This document shows positions 8,177 through 11,616 of a DNA stretch of 11,616 nt, one piece after another. Numbering within the stretch: position 1 is the first letter of the stretch; the number at the start of each line of letters is the position of its first letter. This stretch comes from Paraspadella gotoi (lineage: Eukaryota; Animalia; Chaetognatha), in contig JBJCIZ010000486.1 of the NCBI GenBank assembly GCA_051294375.1, positions 1-11,616 on the forward strand, read 5' to 3'. The notes beneath the pieces are model-generated. The model saw only the letters and a list, made by a program, of their open reading frames with translations, was not told the DNA's origin and did not search any database. Both the position numbers and the translations under genes were made by a program.

Positions 8177-11100
8177 AATCGAAAATTACTTGCTTCACGT
8201 CGTCGACGCCAGCGATGGACGCGCGTGGCTGGTCGACGGCGGAGCAATGCTCTCACTGATCCCACCAACGCCGGAACAGCGCGCTGCAGGCACTAAAGGT
8301 CCGCAACTTCAAGCAGCGAATGGAACGCCGATAGCATGTTTTGGGACAACAGAAAAACGCATAACTTTAGGTCCACGAATGTTTCCTTTCGAAGTCCTCA
8401 TTGCGGACGTAACGCAGAGTATATTAGGCGCCGATTTTCTGGCACAATTCTTTCTGGCGCCAAATCATCGCGACGGTCTTCTCTTAGACCTGAAAGATTA
8501 TTCGACCATAACCTGCGCTCGCTCATTCGGCAAGATTCCATCTCACGTCCATTTTGTCGGCCAGGACACGCCTTATTACAAGCTCCTAGACAGTTATCCG
8601 ACCCTCTCGACTCCGACCTTCGAAATTAAGGAGCCGAAACATGGCATTCGCCATCACATTGCGACAGAAGGCCGCCCATGTCAAGCGCGAGCACGACGTC
8701 TCTCGCCAGAAAAGCTTGCGGTCGCAAAGGCTGAACTCGACAAGATGGTCGAACTGGGTGTGGCCATGAGGGCCAAAAGTCCGTGGTCATCGCCGCTTCA
8801 TTGTGTCCCCAAAGGCGATGGCGGTTGGCGCGTATGTGGCGATTATCGTCAACTTAACTCACAAACCATTCCCGACCGTTACCCCGTTAAACTCTTAGCA
8901 GATTTTAATGCTCAATTAGCGGGGAAAACAATATTCTCCAAGATTGATCTCCTCAAAGGTTATCACCAAATCCCTGTGGCCACAGAGGACATCCCCAAGA
9001 CGGCCGTGATAACCCCCTTTGGACTCTATGTCTTCCTACGCACACCTTTTGGCCTCAAGAACGCTGGTCAGGATTTCCAGCGCCTCATGGACGAAATCCT
9101 GGACGGCTTACCACGCGTCTATGTATATCTGGANNNNNNNNNNGTCGCAAGCGAGGACGAAGCCCAGCACCTCGAAGATCTACAACAAGTTTTCGAGGCA
9201 CTCCAGGAAAATGGCCTCGTGGTCAACCGGAAGAAGTGCGTCCTTGGCCAAGCCTCGCTGGAGTTTCTCGGTTATCAGGTGGATGCCAGCGGCGTCAAGC
9301 CCCTTCCGCAACGAGTTGATGCACTCAGGGAGACGGCAGCACCGACAACAGTGAAGGAACTACAGCGTTTCCTCGGTATGATCAACTACTATCGACGATT
9401 CATACCGAGGGTCGCCCACCATGCCACTCCCCTTTACGACGCCCTCAAGGGGAAGCCACGGCGCCTGGAATGGACCAACAGCTGCCAACAAGGATTCGAG
9501 GCTGTCAAGGAGGCGCTAGCAAAAGCTGTGCTTTTGCGCCATCCCAAAACCGGCGCCGCCCTTTCACTGACAACAGACGCATCGGACCACGCCGTAGGAG
9601 CAGTGCTGGAGCAGCGCGGAACACTCGGATGGGAACCGCTGGCATTTTTCTCTGNNNNNNNNNNNNATGCCCAGCGAAAATGGCCGCCGTTTGATAGAGA
9701 ACTATACGGCGCTTTTAGGGCCGTAAGGCATTTTCGCCCATGGCTGGAGGGCAGACCTTTTGTGTTATATACTGATCACATGAGTTTAATCCATGCNNNN
9801 NNNNNNAAGACCGAGCCCCAGACAGCAAGGCAGACATATCAACTCTCGGCGATCTCCGAATTCACTACAGATATTCGTCACATCGAAGGAAAATCAAACG
9901 TCGTCGCCGACGCTCTCTCAAGGCCAACTTCAGCCACGCACATCTCGGAGAAACCCCTCAGCGAAGAGAAAGCGGACAACTTCGCCCTCATCGCAGCAGC
10001 AGTGCAGCACCAGGGCATCGACTTGCGAGAGATGGCACGACAGCAACCGCTCGATCGAGACTTTCAGCGTCTCCTCCAGGATCCAAGCACCGCCCTGCAC
10101 TTCCGGAAAATCAAGCTCGGTGACGATACGATGATCGTGGACGTCTCCAACGGTCCCCCGCGCCCGTTTGTTCCCGAAGCCTGGCGTCAGAAAGTTTTCA
10201 AAACAATTCACGAGCTTGGACACCCTGGCATCGCCCGAACCCGCGAAGCGGTCGCCGAGAAATTCGTTTGGCCATCTATGCGTGCAGACGTCACAAAATG
10301 GGCACGCGAATGCGTCGCATGCCAACGCGCGAAGGTGACGCGTCACACCGTCCCAAACATCGGCGAGTTTACAGTTCCTCCGCGCCGTTTCCAGCACGTA
10401 CATGTTGACATAGTCACCATGCCCTCGTCGAACAGCTACACGTACCTGCTCACTGCGGTGGATCGCTTCACGCGATGGCCAATGGCAATTCCAATGAAAG
10501 ACATGACCGCGACGACCATAGCCGACGCTTTCGCACATGGATGGGTCTCCTCTTTCGGAATTCCAGCAGAAATTACTACGGATCGAGGGACCCAATTCAC
10601 CTCGACCATCTGGAAACAGTTGGCCAAGTCATGGGGTTGTCAGCTCCACTTGACCACCGCGTATCACCCGGAGGCCAACGGGCTCGTCGAGAGGTTCCAT
10701 CGGCGCCTCAAAGAATCGTTAATAGCTATCTCAACAGACGAGCCTAACAATTGGTTCTGGCGCCTACCCTCCGCCCTCCTCGCCATAAGAACGACGATAA
10801 AGCCAGATATCGACGCATCACCAGCCCAGTTGGTTTACGGAGACGGCCTTACAGTCCCCGGCGACGTTCTCTCCCCAAGCATAACAGAAGCGGAAGAAAG
10901 GGAGGCCCGCCGACACCTTCGAGATGAGTTGCGACTNNNNNNNNNNCGCTTGCAGCCGGCGCCGACTAGCAGACATCGCAACCCTCACGTGCATCTCCCG
11001 AGCAACTTGGCGACGTCAACACACGTTTTCATCAGACGCGGAGGAATTAACCCAACTTTGACGGCGCCCTATCAAGGACCTTTTAAAGTAATCAGCCGGG

Positions 11101-11616
11101 ACAACCTCAATTTCAAAGTTGAAATCCCAGGAAAGGGCGTCGAAGTCATTGCAATCTCCCGCATCAAACCAGCCAACGTCTGGAACGACGCAGGAGAAGA
11201 CGACGCGCAGCAGCAGGATCGCGACCCCCCGGCGCCACCCCGACGAGGTCGGCGCCCTCGCCCAAGGAACCGCAGCCTGCCCCCTTCGTCAATACAAACG
11301 CGCACCAGAGCAACAACACTCCAGCGCCCAAACATTGACGACGCCACGCCCATCCCAGCGCCAGTTAATCAGGACACCGAGGAGCAAAATGAGAATTCAA
11401 CCGCTCCTCCTCATCCTCCTCCTACTCAACAGCCACCGCCGCCACCGCGAGAGGCGGAAGTCCCAGGGCGTCAATTACGATCCGGTTTCCGCCCATTTCC
11501 AAACGTCAACGGGGCGACGCGGCCAAATTACGGAGAAGTCCTTCGACACTTACTTTCTCAAGCAAAAGATGTGGAGCCCAATCGTGAGGTCGAAGATCAA
11601 CTTATTTCCTCATTTC
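8115..11616 (+). CDS. pol: Pol polyprotein (protease, reverse transcriptase, RNase H, integrase); at least 1167 codons, 3'-partial
   Basis: Manual translation of the frame opening after TGA 8052-8054 shows no stop to the window end, and the frame is kept across four short N runs. Motifs include WLVDGGA, ILGADFL, WRVCGDYRQLN, SKIDLLKGYHQIP, PFGLKNA, YLD[N], TDAS, DREL, TDH, ADALSR, HHCC, D,D35E and GPF. Confidence 0.96.
8190..8459 (+). other. Retropepsin-like aspartic protease domain of Pol
   Basis: WLVDGGAMLSLIP (Asp codon 8235-8237), flap AANG (8313-8324) and ILGADFL (8421-8441). Boundaries approximate. Confidence 0.88.
8757..9281 (+). other. Reverse transcriptase core domain of Pol
   Basis: SPWSSPLHCVPKGDGGWRVCGDYRQLN, SKIDLLKGYHQIPV (Asp 8946-8948), KTAVITPFGLY, PFGLKNAGQDFQR, VYLD-x-x-x-VAS (the YxDD end is under Ns at 9134-9143), KKC and EFLGYQV. 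Confidence 0.96.
9134..10946. other. Four short N runs (9134-9143, 9655-9666, 9797-9806, 10937-10946): masked or uncalled bases
   Basis: Lengths are 10, 12, 10 and 10. Counting the Ns as bases keeps the pol frame and gives the expected motif spacing, so they are length-accurate masks rather than arbitrary scaffold gaps. Confidence 0.85.
9555..9923 (+). other. Ty3-type RNase H domain of Pol
   Basis: Four acidic catalytic positions: TDAS (D 9576), DREL (E 9699), TDH (D 9774), VADALSR (D 9909). Confidence 0.93.
10161..11174 (+). other. Integrase domain of Pol (HHCC zinc finger, DDE core, GPF motif)
   Basis: H 10209, H 10221, C 10311, C 10320; HVD (D 10407), TDRG (D 10581), GLVER (E 10689) with 35 residues between D and E; PYQGPFKV at 11067-11090; ISRIKPA ends 11174. 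Confidence 0.95.

Larger units (their letters stand above)
6124..11616 (+). mobile_element. Ty3/Gypsy LTR retrotransposon, probably CsRn1/Kabuki lineage; 3' end lies outside the window
   Basis: Order is LTR-like segment, PBS-like motif, gag, then pol with PR-RT-RNase H-IN (integrase last, the Ty3/Gypsy order). The Gag motif C-X2-H-X9-C-X3-C and a tRNA-Trp-like PBS are described hallmarks of the CsRn1 clade. The lineage call is from motifs only, with no phylogeny run. Confidence 0.93.

Noticed and set aside
9126-9146. Loss of the RT YxDD motif
   Set aside because: It is masked by Ns. The spacing Y-L-D-x-x-x-V-A-S fits YLDDILVAS, so it cannot be called mutated.
7099-11353. Antisense and off-frame ORFs over gag/pol (e.g. 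7669-8268 minus, 9930-10595 minus, 9019-9354 plus, 11072-11353 minus)
   Set aside because: Shadow ORFs expected in GC-rich coding DNA. The conserved motifs lie in the plus-strand gag and pol frames.
11175-11616. env gene, chromodomain, polypurine tract or 3' LTR
   Set aside because: None is visible. The pol frame is still open at the window end and nothing resembles 6124-6851.

Overview
Eukaryotic (probably invertebrate animal) repeat DNA with two parts. (1) 1-6123 is an AT-rich tandem satellite of about 505 bp: 12 full monomers plus a truncated 13th, each built from about 7 degenerate 40-50 bp subrepeats plus a purine-rich block. (2) 6124-11616 is a Ty3/Gypsy LTR retrotransposon on the + strand that interrupts the 13th monomer. 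It has a putative 5' LTR (TGTGG...CCACA, 6124-6851), a degenerate tRNA-Trp-like PBS, a gag with a CHCC zinc motif (indel-broken in its 5' part), and a stop-free pol (PR-RT-RNase H-IN) that runs off the window end and is absent from the ORF track. The CHCC motif and Trp-like PBS point to the CsRn1/Kabuki lineage. Gag and pol are joined by a G_GGA_AAC slippery site followed by a predicted H-type pseudoknot. Unusual features are a DGG protease triad, a long Pro/Arg-rich integrase tail with an AT-hook-like motif, and an AT-rich, hairpin-dense LTR core. The left part (to about 7680) looks like uncorrected long-read sequence, so base-level details there are uncertain. I found no prokaryotic genes, RNA genes or CRISPR array.
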